Below are positions 17,235 to 26,535 of a DNA stretch of 64,000 nucleotides, piece after piece. Numbering within the stretch: position 1 is the stretch's first letter; every line of letters begins with the position of its first letter. Below the pieces are notes generated by a model. That model searched no databases. It worked only from the letters and a program-made list of their open reading frames with translations, and was not told where the DNA came from. The stretch covers positions 6,392-70,391 of the forward strand of contig LCCV01000003.1 in assembly GCA_000998135.1 (NCBI GenBank). The letters are read 5' to 3'. Both the position numbers and the translations under genes were made by a program. The stretch is from Parcubacteria group bacterium GW2011_GWA2_42_14. Its GTDB lineage: Bacteria > Patescibacteriota > Minisyncoccia > Sungbacterales > GWA2-42-14.

Positions 17235-17795
17235 ATAGTGGCATCACGGCATTTAGCAAGGTCAATCGCTATGCAGTCCTTCTATGAATGGGATTTTAAT
17301 GGCAAGGACGATTCAAAATTAGAATCAATTGTTGAAAAAAATATTAAGGAATTCGGTCCTGGTCTTGAAGAAATTGATTTTATCAAACGGCTGGTCAGCG
17401 AAACCATTAAAAATTTACCGCAAATTGACAAAATTATTGAAAAAGCCGCGCCGGAATGGCCCATTAATCAGATTGCCATAGTTGACCGTAATATTCTAAG
17501 AATCGGCCTTTATGAGCTGTTGTTCGGAAATCATGAAGAAGTGCCGCCTAAAGTTGCTATAAACGAATCTATTGAAATCGCTAAAAATTTCGGAGGAGAA
17601 ACATCCGGAAAATTCGTAAACGGTGTTTTAGGCACGGTTTATCGTGAAATAGGAGAACCGGGAAAAGATTATCCGACCAGAGCGGAATTGGCAAAGAAAA
17701 GGGAGGAAGAGGAGGAAGTGAAGAAAGAAGAAGGAAAAACGGTTGATGGGTCTGAAGAAAAGAAGAAGAAAAAGAAAAATAAATTAGCAGATTAA
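17205..17795 (+). CDS. nusB: Transcription antitermination factor NusB (the annotated N-terminus probably over-extends into a heptamer repeat; likely start near 17271)
   Basis: The core ...SRHLARSIAMQSFYEWDF...DRNILRIGLYELLF is NusB. The first ~20 codons (MSHVPCFMSQ) are encoded by the catgtNN heptamer repeat. Confidence 0.8.
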   Translation: MSHVPCFMSQIVASRHLARSIAMQSFYEWDFNGKDDSKLESIVEKNIKEFGPGLEEIDFIKRLVSETIKNLPQIDKIIEKAAPEWPINQIAIVDRNILRIGLYELLFGNHEEVPPKVAINESIEIAKNFGGETSGKFVNGVLGTVYREIGEPGKDYPTRAELAKKREEEEEVKKEEGKTVDGSEEKKKKKKNKLAD

Positions 17796-17890
17796 GTGAA
17801 TTAAGCGAGTTAAGCAGGTTAAGCCCGTATGAACTATCGGCTTAATTTATTTAATTCACTTAACTCGCTTAATAAGCACAGTTAAGTGAG
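17790..17890. repeat. 9-nt-periodic (ttaagNNNN) palindrome forming a long hairpin between nusB and rnc
   Basis: ttaagtgaa ttaagcgag ttaagcagg ttaagcccg, an inner hairpin ttaagcc-(13 nt)-ggcttaa, then the complementary ttaactcgcttaa arm. Confidence 0.7.
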
Positions 17891-18581
17891 TAATCTATCA
17901 CTATTTGAAGAAAAATTTTCTATAAAATTTAATAGCACTGATTTACTTAAACAGGCACTGACGCATCGTTCATATTTGAACGAAAATCCTTCTTCGGTTT
18001 TGGGGCATAATGAGCGTTTGGAATTTTTGGGGGACGCGGTTTTGGAATTGGTGGTAACGGAGAATCTTTATCAAAAATTCCCGGAAAAGCCGGAAGGAGA
18101 ACTTACCAGTTTCCGGGCCGCTTTGGTTAATTCAAAAATGCTTGCCGATGTTGCGGTGGAAATAGATATCAATGATTTTTTGCTTCTTTCCAGGGGCGAA
18201 GCCAAAGACATGGGCAGAGCCAGACAATATATTTTAGCTAACGCTTTTGAGGCCCTGATAGGAGCGATTTATTTGGACCAGGGGTATGATACGGTCAAGA
18301 ATTTTATAAACAATGTTTTGATAACAAGATGGCTTGGAGATGTTCTTCAAAATAAGCTTTATAAAGACCCCAAGTCCCTTTTTCAAGAAGAAGCGCAGGA
18401 AAGAGTGGGGATTACTCCTACTTATAATGTTCTTCGCGAATGGGGGCCGGACCATGACAAGCATTTCGTCGTTGGCGTTTTTTTGGGCAGAGAATTGGTT
18501 GCCGAAGGCGAGGGTCCGTCAAAACAAGCGGGACAGGAAGAGGCGGCGAGATTGGGGCTCAAGGCCAAAGGATGGGGATAA
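17886..18581 (+). CDS. rnc: Ribonuclease III
   Basis: The signature HNERLEFLGDAVLELVV and a C-terminal dsRBD are present. The start codon is GTG. Confidence 0.9.
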   Translation: MSNLSLFEEKFSIKFNSTDLLKQALTHRSYLNENPSSVLGHNERLEFLGDAVLELVVTENLYQKFPEKPEGELTSFRAALVNSKMLADVAVEIDINDFLLLSRGEAKDMGRARQYILANAFEALIGAIYLDQGYDTVKNFINNVLITRWLGDVLQNKLYKDPKSLFQEEAQERVGITPTYNVLREWGPDHDKHFVVGVFLGRELVAEGEGPSKQAGQEEAARLGLKAKGWG

Positions 18582-18582
18582 T

Positions 18583-18659
18583 TTAACCAACAACTGACAA
18601 CTAATAACCGACAACGCGCTGTTGTGAGTTGTTAGTTGTAAGTTATAAGTAACCAACGG
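18583..18659. repeat. 7-nt-periodic palindromic element (ccaacaa ctgacaa ... ttgtgag ttgttag ttgtaag) downstream of rnc
   Basis: The two arms are inverted-complementary. A close paralog lies at 40191-40260, downstream of atpB. Confidence 0.8.
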
Positions 18660-18730
18660 AATGTGGGTTGCTTTTTTATTTATGGCGTGCTACTTCTTAA
18701 ATAAAGTTCATTGAAAATACGGAGGTTTTT

Positions 18731-20653
18731 GTGCCAGATAAGAACGGTGGCACTCGTCCTAAAACAAACATATTAATCTGGTTTATAATCGGTTTTTTGG
18801 CTTTTATGTTTTTTCAGATTATTAGCGGGGTAAAGGATACGTCTCCCCCCTTGCTTGATTATTCTTCGTTTAAGCGGGAGACGGAAAAAGGCAATGTCGC
18901 GATTGTGATTTTTTCCAGACACCGCGAGTCGCTTATTGTTGATTTAAAAACAGCGATTGAGATTGATAGCAGTATAAATCCTAATAAAAAAAAGAGCGAG
19001 AAACTGCCGTTTGTATCCCAGCGTTTTATTGTCCATATTTCCAAAGAGAATATTTCTCAGCTTGTTAAAGAATTGGAAGAAAAAAAGGTCAGGGTAATTT
19101 TTGATGAAGCGCCTAATCCGGATGATTCCTTTTGGAGCGGAATTATCAGCTCTTTAATTTGGATGGGTTTAATGCTTGCTATCTTTATTTGGGTTATGCG
19201 CAGAATGCGGGGTGGCGCCGGCGGAAGCAACAATCCTTTTTCATTCGGTAAGAATAAAGCCAAATTGGTTACGGAAGCTGATGCCAAAAAAGTTACTTTT
19301 AAGGATATTGCCGGTTGCGATGAGGCCAAAGAAGAACTTCGGGAAATTGTTGAATTTTTGAAAGACCCGCTTCGGTTTAATAAGCTCGGCGGGCATATTC
19401 CCAAGGGTGTTCTTCTTGTCGGTTCCCCCGGAACCGGGAAAACACTTCTTGCCAAAGCGGTTGCCGGAGAAGCTGGCGTTCCATTCTATACCATTTCCGG
19501 TTCTGACTTTGTGGAAATGTTTGTCGGCGTGGGCGCGTCCCGTGTCAGAGATCTTTTTGAGCAGGCAAAAAAACATGCTCCCTGTATTATTTTCATGGAT
19601 GAGATTGACGCGGTTGGCCGCCATCGCGGAGCAGGCATTGGCGGTGGGCATGATGAGCGGGAGCAGACATTAAACCAGCTTTTGGTTGAAATGGATGGAT
19701 TTGGTACGGATTCAAGCGTTATAATGGTGGCCGCGACCAACAGGCCTGATATTCTTGATCCCGCGCTTCTTCGTCCCGGAAGATTTGACAGGCAGGTTGT
19801 AGTTCCGCGCCCCGACCTTAGAGGACGTCTGGAAATTCTTAAGGTTCATATCAAGGGCAAGCCCATGGATGAATCGGTTGACTTAACAATGATTGCGCGC
19901 GGTACTCCGGGATTTTCGGGAGCCGACCTTGCCAATCTTTTGAATGAAGCCGCGCTTTTGGCATCCCGTCAAAATAAGGAAAAGATTGAACCGGTTGATC
20001 TTGATAAAGCGCTTGATAAAATCTTAATGGGTACGGAGCGGAAAAGCGCGATTATTCCCGAACATGAACGGCGAATTACGGCTTGGCATGAAGCCGGGCA
20101 CGCTGTTGTTGTTCACGAACTTTATTTGGAGGATACTTATAATTCAGACCCGCTTCATAAAGTAACCATTATTCCGAGAGGCGAGGCGGGCGGATTAACA
20201 CAGCAGCTTCCCCACGAGGACAGGCATTATTATTCAATGAAGTATTTAAAGAACCGGCTTGCTGTTCTTATGGGCGGCCGGGTAGCGGAAGAAATTAAAT
20301 TCAAGGATAAGTCAACGGGCGCCGGGAACGATATCGGGGTGGCGACGGAGCTTTCGAGAAAGATGGTTTGCGAATGGGGCATGAGCGATAAATTAGGACC
20401 GATAACTTTCGGCAAAAAACAGGAATTGGTCTTTTTAGGCAGAGAAGTGGGCCGGGAACAGAATTACAGCCATGAAGTCGCCAAAGCCATTGATGAAGAA
20501 ATAAAGTTTTTTATTACTGAAGCGTATCAGAGAGCCGGTAAAGTTATTTCTGAAAAATGGACCGAACTTGAACGTTTGGCCGCAAAGCTTTTGGAGGCGG
20601 AAACATTAACAGGAGAAGAAGTTAAAGCAATTTTAGAAAGCAACCCCGTATAA
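18731..20653 (+). CDS. ftsH: ATP-dependent zinc metalloprotease FtsH
   Basis: The sequence shows [27 protein letters not shown], an AAA domain, and the HEAGHAVV zinc site. Confidence 0.95.
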   Translation: MPDKNGGTRPKTNILIWFIIGFLAFMFFQIISGVKDTSPPLLDYSSFKRETEKGNVAIVIFSRHRESLIVDLKTAIEIDSSINPNKKKSEKLPFVSQRFIVHISKENISQLVKELEEKKVRVIFDEAPNPDDSFWSGIISSLIWMGLMLAIFIWVMRRMRGGAGGSNNPFSFGKNKAKLVTEADAKKVTFKDIAGCDEAKEELREIVEFLKDPLRFNKLGGHIPKGVLLVGSPGTGKTLLAKAVAGEAGVPFYTISGSDFVEMFVGVGASRVRDLFEQAKKHAPCIIFMDEIDAVGRHRGAGIGGGHDEREQTLNQLLVEMDGFGTDSSVIMVAATNRPDILDPALLRPGRFDRQVVVPRPDLRGRLEILKVHIKGKPMDESVDLTMIARGTPGFSGADLANLLNEAALLASRQNKEKIEPVDLDKALDKILMGTERKSAIIPEHERRITAWHEAGHAVVVHELYLEDTYNSDPLHKVTIIPRGEAGGLTQQLPHEDRHYYSMKYLKNRLAVLMGGRVAEEIKFKDKSTGAGNDIGVATELSRKMVCEWGMSDKLGPITFGKKQELVFLGREVGREQNYSHEVAKAIDEEIKFFITEAYQRAGKVISEKWTELERLAAKLLEAETLTGEEVKAILESNPV

Positions 20654-20672
20654 TTATGGGGTTTTTCTTTTT
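20643..20672 (+). terminator. rho-independent terminator after ftsH
   Basis: accccgtataattatggggt followed by ttttcttttt. Confidence 0.7.
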
Positions 20673-20730
20673 GATTACCGCTTGCCTGTGAGGGCGAAAA
20701 ATGATAGTTTTATTTAAGATACGTTTATAA

Positions 20731-20808
20731 AACATGAAACATGTAACATGGAACATAGCCTTTTTAGTCAATGATTCATGATTCATGATTCATGATTCAT
20801 GATTCATG
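20731..20808. repeat. heptamer tandem repeats (aacatga aacatgt aacatgg aacatag ... tgattca x5) upstream of smc
   Basis: The array ends exactly at the smc ATG. Confidence 0.85.
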
Positions 20809-23001
20809 AAGTTAAAGCGTTTAGAACTTTCTGGTTTCAAGTCGTTCGCCCGAACGACTGTTTTGGAATTTCCGGTTTCCACAACCGCCATTGTCGGTCC
20901 GAACGGCTCGGGAAAATCAAATGTGTCGGAAGGAATACGTTGGGTATTGGGAGAGCAGTCAATGAAGTCGCTTCGCGGAAAAAGGGGGGAAGATTTGATT
21001 TGGAACGGTTCTCCGACTCTTCCGCGTATGGGCAAGGGTCAGGTTACCCTTATTTTTGACAATAAGGATGGGAAAATTTCATTGGATTTTGATGAGGTTT
21101 CTATTGGACGAAAGATTTTTCGCGATGGAATTAACGAATATTATTTGAATGATTCGCAAGTGCGCCTTAAGGATGTTGTGGAACTGATCGCTCGCATGGG
21201 TCTTGGCGAAATAAAACATAATATGATCGGACAAGGCGAGGTTGACAGGATTTTGCTTTCCACGCCGCGAGAACGCCGGGAATTGATTGAAGAAGCAATC
21301 GGCCTTAAGGTTTACCAGATAAAAAAAGCGGAAGCAGAAAGAAAACTCGGCGCTTCCAAAGAAAATTTAAAGGATGTTGAATCGTTAATACGCGAATTGA
21401 CCCCGCATTTGAAATTTTTAAAAGAGCAGGCTAAAAAAGCTGAGTCGCGCCAGCTCGTTTCGCGGGAATTGAACGCGCTTCAGAAATATTATTTTCAGAA
21501 AGGTTTTGAGGAAATGAGCTCGCTTTTCAAGAAATTTGAAGCGGAGCGCTCTCCTTACGAGAAAAAAATAAAGGCGATTGAAGAAGAAATTCAGGAGATG
21601 TTCCAGAAAATACGCTCCCTTGAAGGAAAATCAAAAGATAACGAAGAAGTAAGGGAATTGCGTTCCAGAATTTCCCAATTGGAAAAGGAAGAGCGTGATT
21701 TATCGCGCGACCTCGGCCGGATCGAGGGCAGGATTGAAGCGGAAAAGGCCAAGCCCAAAACCGTAACTAGGATAATTGACCTTGGTTATGTGAAAGAAGC
21801 GGTTTTGCGTTTTATCGTCTTTTTGGAGGAATCGGAAAAAGATAATGAGCTGGAATCGCTTCGAAGAAGGGTGGCCAATCTTAAAGATAATATCGGCAGA
21901 TTTCTTAAGGATTTGGAAAAGGGTTCGGTTGAGGAGGAGCGGAAAATTGAAAGCGAGATTGAAGAATTGTCCGCACGTGAGCAAAAATTGCAGGGTGAAA
22001 TGGAAAAAATCAGCCAGGGTTTGCTCTCTGCCAAAGACGCGCTTTACGGCAAAGAAAGGGATTACGCGTCGCTCCAGCAGGAGTTAAGGCAGTCGGATAA
22101 GCTGATTCGCGACAAAGAAGAAGAAAAAACCATGCTTCGCGAGTCCTTAAACCGCACCGCCTTTGAGGAAGAAAAAGTCATGCTTAAACAGGAGGAGCTG
22201 GAAAAAGAACTCGTATTTCTAGGATTAACCCATGAGGATATTGGCGGAGAGCTCGACCCGGCCATAAGCTATGAAAATTTGCAGGAAGCGCGCCGTCGCA
22301 TTGAAAGATTGAGAGCGCGCCTTGAAGAAATCGGGGGAATTGACGAATCCGTTGTTAAGGAATATCAGGAAACCGAAGCGCGTTATACTTTTTTGCAGAA
22401 AGAAAATGAAGACATTAAAAAGGCCATTGATTCAACCGAAGAATTGCTTGAAACCCTTGAAAAAACATTGAAAGAAAATTTTCATGAAGGTTTTTCAAAA
22501 ATCAGGGATGAATTTCACAATTATTTCCGGGTCATCTTCGGAGGGGGCGGAGCAAAATTGAAATTGGTTGAATACGGAAGGAAGAAGTCCGCCGAAGAAT
22601 TGCAGGAGTTGGAAGAGCTGGGAGAAGAAATAGAAGAGCCGTATGAAGGAATTGATATTGAAGTTGATTTGCCCAAAAAACGAATTAAATCCCTGGCTAT
22701 GCTTTCGGGTGGCGAGCGCTCCCTTTGTTCCATCGCTTTTCTTTTTGCCGTAACCGCGGTAAATCCGCCGCCATTTTTATTTTTGGATGAAACGGACGCG
22801 GCTCTGGACGAAGCCAATTCCAAAAGATACGCCGAAATTTTAAGGGAATTGTCCAAAAAAACCCAGCTTATTATCGTTACTCATAACCGCGAAACCATGC
22901 GCGTGGCCGGGGTTTTGTACGGCATTACCATGGGAGATGACGCGGTATCTAAGCTCCTTTCACTCAAACTTGAAGAAGCCGAGGTTTATACAAATAGATA
23001 A
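20806..23001 (+). CDS. smc: SMC-family chromosome segregation ATPase (short form, 731 aa)
   Basis: The N-terminus FKSF...IVGPNGSGKSNV is a Walker A. A long coiled coil follows. The C-terminus has LSGGERSLCSIAFLFA and LDETDAALD. Confidence 0.7.
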   Translation: MKLKRLELSGFKSFARTTVLEFPVSTTAIVGPNGSGKSNVSEGIRWVLGEQSMKSLRGKRGEDLIWNGSPTLPRMGKGQVTLIFDNKDGKISLDFDEVSIGRKIFRDGINEYYLNDSQVRLKDVVELIARMGLGEIKHNMIGQGEVDRILLSTPRERRELIEEAIGLKVYQIKKAEAERKLGASKENLKDVESLIRELTPHLKFLKEQAKKAESRQLVSRELNALQKYYFQKGFEEMSSLFKKFEAERSPYEKKIKAIEEEIQEMFQKIRSLEGKSKDNEEVRELRSRISQLEKEERDLSRDLGRIEGRIEAEKAKPKTVTRIIDLGYVKEAVLRFIVFLEESEKDNELESLRRRVANLKDNIGRFLKDLEKGSVEEERKIESEIEELSAREQKLQGEMEKISQGLLSAKDALYGKERDYASLQQELRQSDKLIRDKEEEKTMLRESLNRTAFEEEKVMLKQEELEKELVFLGLTHEDIGGELDPAISYENLQEARRRIERLRARLEEIGGIDESVVKEYQETEARYTFLQKENEDIKKAIDSTEELLETLEKTLKENFHEGFSKIRDEFHNYFRVIFGGGGAKLKLVEYGRKKSAEELQELEELGEEIEEPYEGIDIEVDLPKKRIKSLAMLSGGERSLCSIAFLFAVTAVNPPPFLFLDETDAALDEANSKRYAEILRELSKKTQLIIVTHNRETMRVAGVLYGITMGDDAVSKLLSLKLEEAEVYTNR

Positions 23002-23060
23002 CATTTGACTAAATTATTAAAGTATGATATAATTAAAATAATAACTACCCGGCCTGAAAA

Positions 23061-23636
23061 ATGGCCAAAAAGGAGGACCTTGACATGCTTAAGAAGATTT
23101 TTGGAATTACTCTGTTCATCGTTTCAATGTTGTTTGTCAGTTTCCCCGCGTTTGTTGTTGCGGGGGCTCCCAAGGCAAAGTTTTTTGTTGTTCCGGTGAC
23201 TGGTGTGGAAGTTCCTTTCCTGGATGTTATGTCGGATCGTTCCTTTGTCGGCGAAGGCCACTTTGCGGCTAACGGGATGCCGGTTCTTTCTGTGGTTGAA
23301 GCGTATTTTGTCACGATTGACCTGTTGCTTCCGGGAAGAGAGCGTGTTGAAGATCCGGAAACGAAGAATTTACGGCCGCATCTGATTGAATTGCGGCTTG
23401 GCGGTCTTCCCGTCTTTACTCACCAACTGCCGATTTTGGCAATTGTGTGGGACGCGTCCGGCAAGGGGAACGCCGAGTATCTTGCCGTCGCCAAGTATTC
23501 CGAGGGTGAGGAACCGCGGTTTCTCGGATGGGCGACTTACGCCATCAAGGGAGTTAAAGGAGAAACGCTCCCGATGACGAAAGTCGGTTTTCGGGAAATC
23601 ATTTTTCTCGTACCGGTCGGTATCGAAGGAAGTTAG
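23061..23636 (+). CDS. hypothetical secreted protein (locally elevated GC)
   Basis: An N-terminal signal or TM segment is followed by a 191-aa ORF. A terminator hairpin lies downstream. Confidence 0.4.
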   Translation: MAKKEDLDMLKKIFGITLFIVSMLFVSFPAFVVAGAPKAKFFVVPVTGVEVPFLDVMSDRSFVGEGHFAANGMPVLSVVEAYFVTIDLLLPGRERVEDPETKNLRPHLIELRLGGLPVFTHQLPILAIVWDASGKGNAEYLAVAKYSEGEEPRFLGWATYAIKGVKGETLPMTKVGFREIIFLVPVGIEGS

Positions 23637-23668
23637 GCCGTTTAACTCCGTACCCAAACGGGTCGGAA

Positions 23669-23700
23669 GGGCGTCTCTTAACGGGACGCTCTTTACTTTT
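23669..23700 (+). terminator. terminator-like hairpin plus T-rich tract
   Basis: gcgtctcttaacgggacgc followed by tctttactttt. Confidence 0.5.
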
Positions 23701-23740
23701 TACGCGGAAGTTAAAATTTTTTATATTTTATACTTTCAAT

Positions 23741-23866
23741 TACGAAACTATCAGTATCAGCGTATTGTCGGCGTACTTTATCGGCGTTTTATCAGCTTCT
23801 ATGGAAAATAGAAGCAGATTTGACGCTGATTAGTACGCTGATACCTCGCTGAAACTGTATTTCGTA
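23741..23866. repeat. large palindromic element built on tacgctga / tcagcgta cores (MITE-like)
   Basis: Left arm tacgaaactatcagtatcagcgta. The right arm is its imperfect reverse complement, tacgctgatacctcgctgaaactgtatttcgta. An inner palindrome reads cttctat...atagaag. Confidence 0.7.
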
Positions 23867-23870
23867 TTCT

Positions 23871-24278
23871 TTGATAATCGCGGCGGTTTTGCTGGTTCCT
23901 GTTTTGGTTTTTGCGGCTGAACCGTCAGTTGATTCTCATCCGATTCTCAAGGAAACAAATTGGACATTGGTAAGCCGTTCCACAGACTTTCGAGATGATA
24001 TTGTTATGGAAGGATATGAAAATAAAGACAGAAGCTATCTGATGCTTGTTGATACTTATTTGGGAGAAGAAGTCATCAGGCGGTATTTTGTGAGAAAGGA
24101 TTCAAAGATGGTTCTAGCTATACAACAAGTAAAAATTCAAGATGAGTGGCGCATCATAACTAATGCCTACTTTGATTTTGAGAAAATACGTGATGAGTCC
24201 GGCAAGCTAAGTGCTATCGTCATTATCGTTAAAGATAATACGAGAGAATTTTTCCGGCGGGAAGTGAAGAGAAAATAA
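23871..24278 (+). CDS. small secreted protein, paralog family member 1 (DSHPIL...REVKRK family)
   Basis: Shares AEPSVDSHPILKE.NW...GEEVIR...REVKRK with the ORFs at 24901 and 34561. Confidence 0.45.
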   Translation: MIIAAVLLVPVLVFAAEPSVDSHPILKETNWTLVSRSTDFRDDIVMEGYENKDRSYLMLVDTYLGEEVIRRYFVRKDSKMVLAIQQVKIQDEWRIITNAYFDFEKIRDESGKLSAIVIIVKDNTREFFRREVKRK

Positions 24279-24286
24279 AAAATTGA

Positions 24287-24311
24287 AGCGCCGTATTACG
24301 GCGCTTTTTAG
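24287..24311. terminator. hairpin terminator, possibly bidirectional, between paralog 1 and the toxin gene
   Basis: agcgccgtattacggcgct followed by ttttt. The A-run upstream gives a T-run on the other strand. Confidence 0.6.
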
Positions 24312-24568
24312 TATCCTACCTGGCGGTGTTGGACATGAGTGATGAAAATGAAAGACGGTTTGCGGAAGATAAATTTTATTCTATAGTCGCCGACCCGCAG
24401 TCGGAATTCTTCGTATTCTTTTCCTCCGAGCTTAATGACTTTTTGGTGTTGCAGGGGGTGGCTAAACCGGCATAATTCTTGGAGCTTCTCAATAATACGC
24501 CCCTGCTCTTTCAGAGGAATGCGCGATAATTCTTTTTCAGCAGCGGGATGAAGAAAGTATTTAAGCAT
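24308..24568 (-). CDS. RelE/ParE-family toxin
   Basis: 86 aa ending ...RLRVGDYRIKFIFRK.SFIFITHVQHRQ, the RelE/ParE hallmark. It overlaps the upstream ORF by 8 nt. Confidence 0.6.
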   Translation of the reverse strand: MLKYFLHPAAEKELSRIPLKEQGRIIEKLQELCRFSHPLQHQKVIKLGGKEYEEFRLRVGDYRIKFIFRKPSFIFITHVQHRQVGY

Positions 24569-24887
24569 AAGGTTGTTTGGAAAGATTCAGCCGTTTTTTT
24601 AATCGTCGTTCAACTTCTTCTGCCGGTATCCAGGTTTTTTTTCGGTCCGAGTTTTTAACGCGTTTTTCCGTCTCTTTGGAAATTTCAGGATTGGAAAGTT
24701 CAATAAAATCAACAAGGTTTTCCAGCGTTTCTTTAGAAACGATTTCCGGCGGGGCGAGCACTCCGCGAAGATTTTTTTCGTCAATAATTGTAATTGTTGA
24801 TGATTTATCCATGATATAACTACGATAGCATGGCGAGCATATAATAGTCAATAATTTATTGGCAACCGTATTTTGAATATGATACAT
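24561..24887 (-). CDS. putative antitoxin (likely true start at the internal Met near 24812)
   Basis: Small acidic protein immediately upstream of, and overlapping, the RelE-like gene. Confidence 0.4.
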   Translation of the reverse strand: MYHIQNTVANKLLTIICSPCYRSYIMDKSSTITIIDEKNLRGVLAPPEIVSKETLENLVDFIELSNPEISKETEKRVKNSDRKKTWIPAEEVERRLKKRLNLSKQPYA

Positions 24888-24900
24888 ATTTTAACACAGC

Positions 24901-25380
24901 ATGAAGAAGGTGGGGAGCAAAATGAAAAAGCTTTGTTCTTTGATAATTGCCGCGGTTTTGCTGGTTCATGGCTTTGTTTGGGCGGGCGAGCCGGCTGTTG
25001 ATTCTCACCCGATTTTGAGCGAAAAGAATTGGATTTATTCTGATTCAGATATGTTTTATCTAGAAGACCTGAACGGCGATAAGGTTTTATTTTCTGAAGT
25101 CAAGTTTTATCGCGCTAATAACGGCAGTTATTTAAGTGGTGTTCATTATATTTTTGGAGAAGAGGTGATTAGAGGATATGGCGTTCGTGACACGAATGCT
25201 GATAAGTTGCTTGGGCATTGGGTTCAGGTTGAGAAAGACGGCCAATGGTATACATCTTCGGTTGAGGAAGTGAATTTGGAAGTTGTAGTTGATGCTTCCG
25301 GCAAAATTGTTGCCGCGGTTTTGGTCCTTCAGGACAAAAATGGCAACGAAATCGTCCGGCGGGAAGTAAAAAGAAAGTAA
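24901..25380 (+). CDS. small secreted protein, paralog family member 2
   Basis: Signal peptide MKKLCSLIIAAVLLVHGFVWAGEP, then AVDSHPILSEKNW ... VRREVKRK. A strong terminator follows. Confidence 0.5.
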   Translation: MKKVGSKMKKLCSLIIAAVLLVHGFVWAGEPAVDSHPILSEKNWIYSDSDMFYLEDLNGDKVLFSEVKFYRANNGSYLSGVHYIFGEEVIRGYGVRDTNADKLLGHWVQVEKDGQWYTSSVEEVNLEVVVDASGKIVAAVLVLQDKNGNEIVRREVKRK

Positions 25381-25390
25381 TATAAAGTAG

Positions 25391-25420
25391 GGCGCCGATT
25401 TTCGGCGCTTTTTGTTTTTT
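25391..25420 (+). terminator. rho-independent terminator
   Basis: ggcgccgattttcggcgc followed by tttttgtttttt. Confidence 0.8.
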
Positions 25421-25617
25421 AAGGTCATAGTGTATAATCAAAGTATATGAGAAAAAAAGTGTTTCCAATTTTTTCTATTGCCGCTATAATTTTGGTTTTT
25501 GTTTTAAATAGCGCGTCAGCTTATATTGCCAAAATTGGCAATCATTATGGCGAGGTTGGTGATTTGCAGTATTCTATTGAATAGCTTGAACCAAAAGGGA
25601 TAACGACTGCGGATAGT

Positions 25618-26061
25618 TTGGGCATTACATTCGATCCTTTTGATTTTGGTTGGTCTTTTTTGCCGACTGTTTTGCCGTCAAAGTATTTCGGCGACTACCC
25701 GCTTTATTTTACCGGTGAAACCATGAATTTTAAAGTCCATATAAAAAATACCGGAAAGCGTACTTTTAGGAATCTTAAAATTATTGCCATTCAGGAATTT
25801 TTAAATCCTGACGGCGGTAAAGGAGAAAATATCGGAAGCGGTAATATGCAGGACTGGTTTTTATCGTATCTCGGCCCGGGCGAAGAAGTTACGCTTGACG
25901 GCGTTTTTGAAATTCCCTTGGTCGGCGAATCTGGTCTTGACCAGACGCATTTGCAGATTTTGCATTATCCCGATGATGCTTTAGCCAGTGATAAGGGCGC
26001 TGGACAGATAATTGTTGATGATTTTCAGGCAGGAATTTGGTGTCCAGTTTCCGTGAATTAA
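25618..26061 (+). CDS. hypothetical protein
   Basis: 147-aa ORF. A separate 45-aa signal-peptide ORF lies just upstream at 25447-25584. Confidence 0.35.
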   Translation: MGITFDPFDFGWSFLPTVLPSKYFGDYPLYFTGETMNFKVHIKNTGKRTFRNLKIIAIQEFLNPDGGKGENIGSGNMQDWFLSYLGPGEEVTLDGVFEIPLVGESGLDQTHLQILHYPDDALASDKGAGQIIVDDFQAGIWCPVSVN

Positions 26062-26141
26062 GAATTATGATTATGTCGGTGGAAAAACCACCGATTTTTA
26101 TTCTTGACTTCTTGTAGACATTGGAGTAATCTTGGAAAAGT

Positions 26142-26450
26142 ATGCTAATGCTTAAATTTCAACGTGTTGGGCGGACTAATGACCCGGCTTTCAGGATTGT
26201 GGTTACGGAAAAGAAGTCAAAGCCGAAATCGGGAGAACATGAGATTCTAGGGTCATTTCATCCCAAAACCAAAGCAACGAACCTGAAAAAGGAAAGGATT
26301 TTGTATTGGCTTTCGGTTGGGGCAAAAGCTACCCCGAGAGTGCATAATCTTTTGGTTTCAAATAAAGTGGTTGAAGGGAAGAAAATACCGATAAAAATAA
26401 AATCCCAAATCCCAAATCCCAAATCCCAAACAAATCCCAAATCAGAATGA
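26142..26450 (+). CDS. rpsP: 30S ribosomal protein S16 (bS16) with a repeat-encoded C-terminal tail
   Basis: KFQRVGRTNDPAFRIVV...ILYWLSVGAKATPRV is the bS16 core. The tail IKSQIPNPKSQTNPKSE is read through the aaatccc repeat. Confidence 0.85.
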   Translation: MLMLKFQRVGRTNDPAFRIVVTEKKSKPKSGEHEILGSFHPKTKATNLKKERILYWLSVGAKATPRVHNLLVSNKVVEGKKIPIKIKSQIPNPKSQTNPKSE

Positions 26451-26535
26451 CCAAAATTCAAAACACGTGTTTTGGATTTTGAATTTGGAAATTTGATATT
26501 ATTTGGAATTTGGTGCTTGGTGCTTGGAATTTAGT
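26398..26535. repeat. aaatccc x5 array plus caaaacacgtgttttg palindrome plus ttggaat/ggtgcttgg repeats, between rpsP and the wzy-like gene
   Basis: The tandem aaatccc runs are followed by a perfect 16-nt palindrome. Confidence 0.8.

Noticed and set aside
17205-17270. N-terminal extensions of nusB (MSHVPCFMSQ...) and atpF (MCRDKRHETRDMEVETCRMSHVACRMS...; 40487-40564) as real protein sequence
   Set aside because: They are encoded entirely by heptamer tandem repeats upstream of a conserved N-terminus and are probably not translated. The true starts are likely downstream.
23000-23700. GC-elevated 23061-23636 gene as a horizontally acquired island
   Set aside because: Only one gene, no integrase, tRNA or flanking direct repeats visible, and the composition shift is modest. 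This is not enough to call an island.
26398-26450. The aaatccc array as a CRISPR-like or telomere-like repeat
   Set aside because: It is a short (5-unit) AT-rich tandem array, continuous with the rpsP reading frame and followed by a palindrome. It is one of several simple-repeat families here and not a CRISPR.
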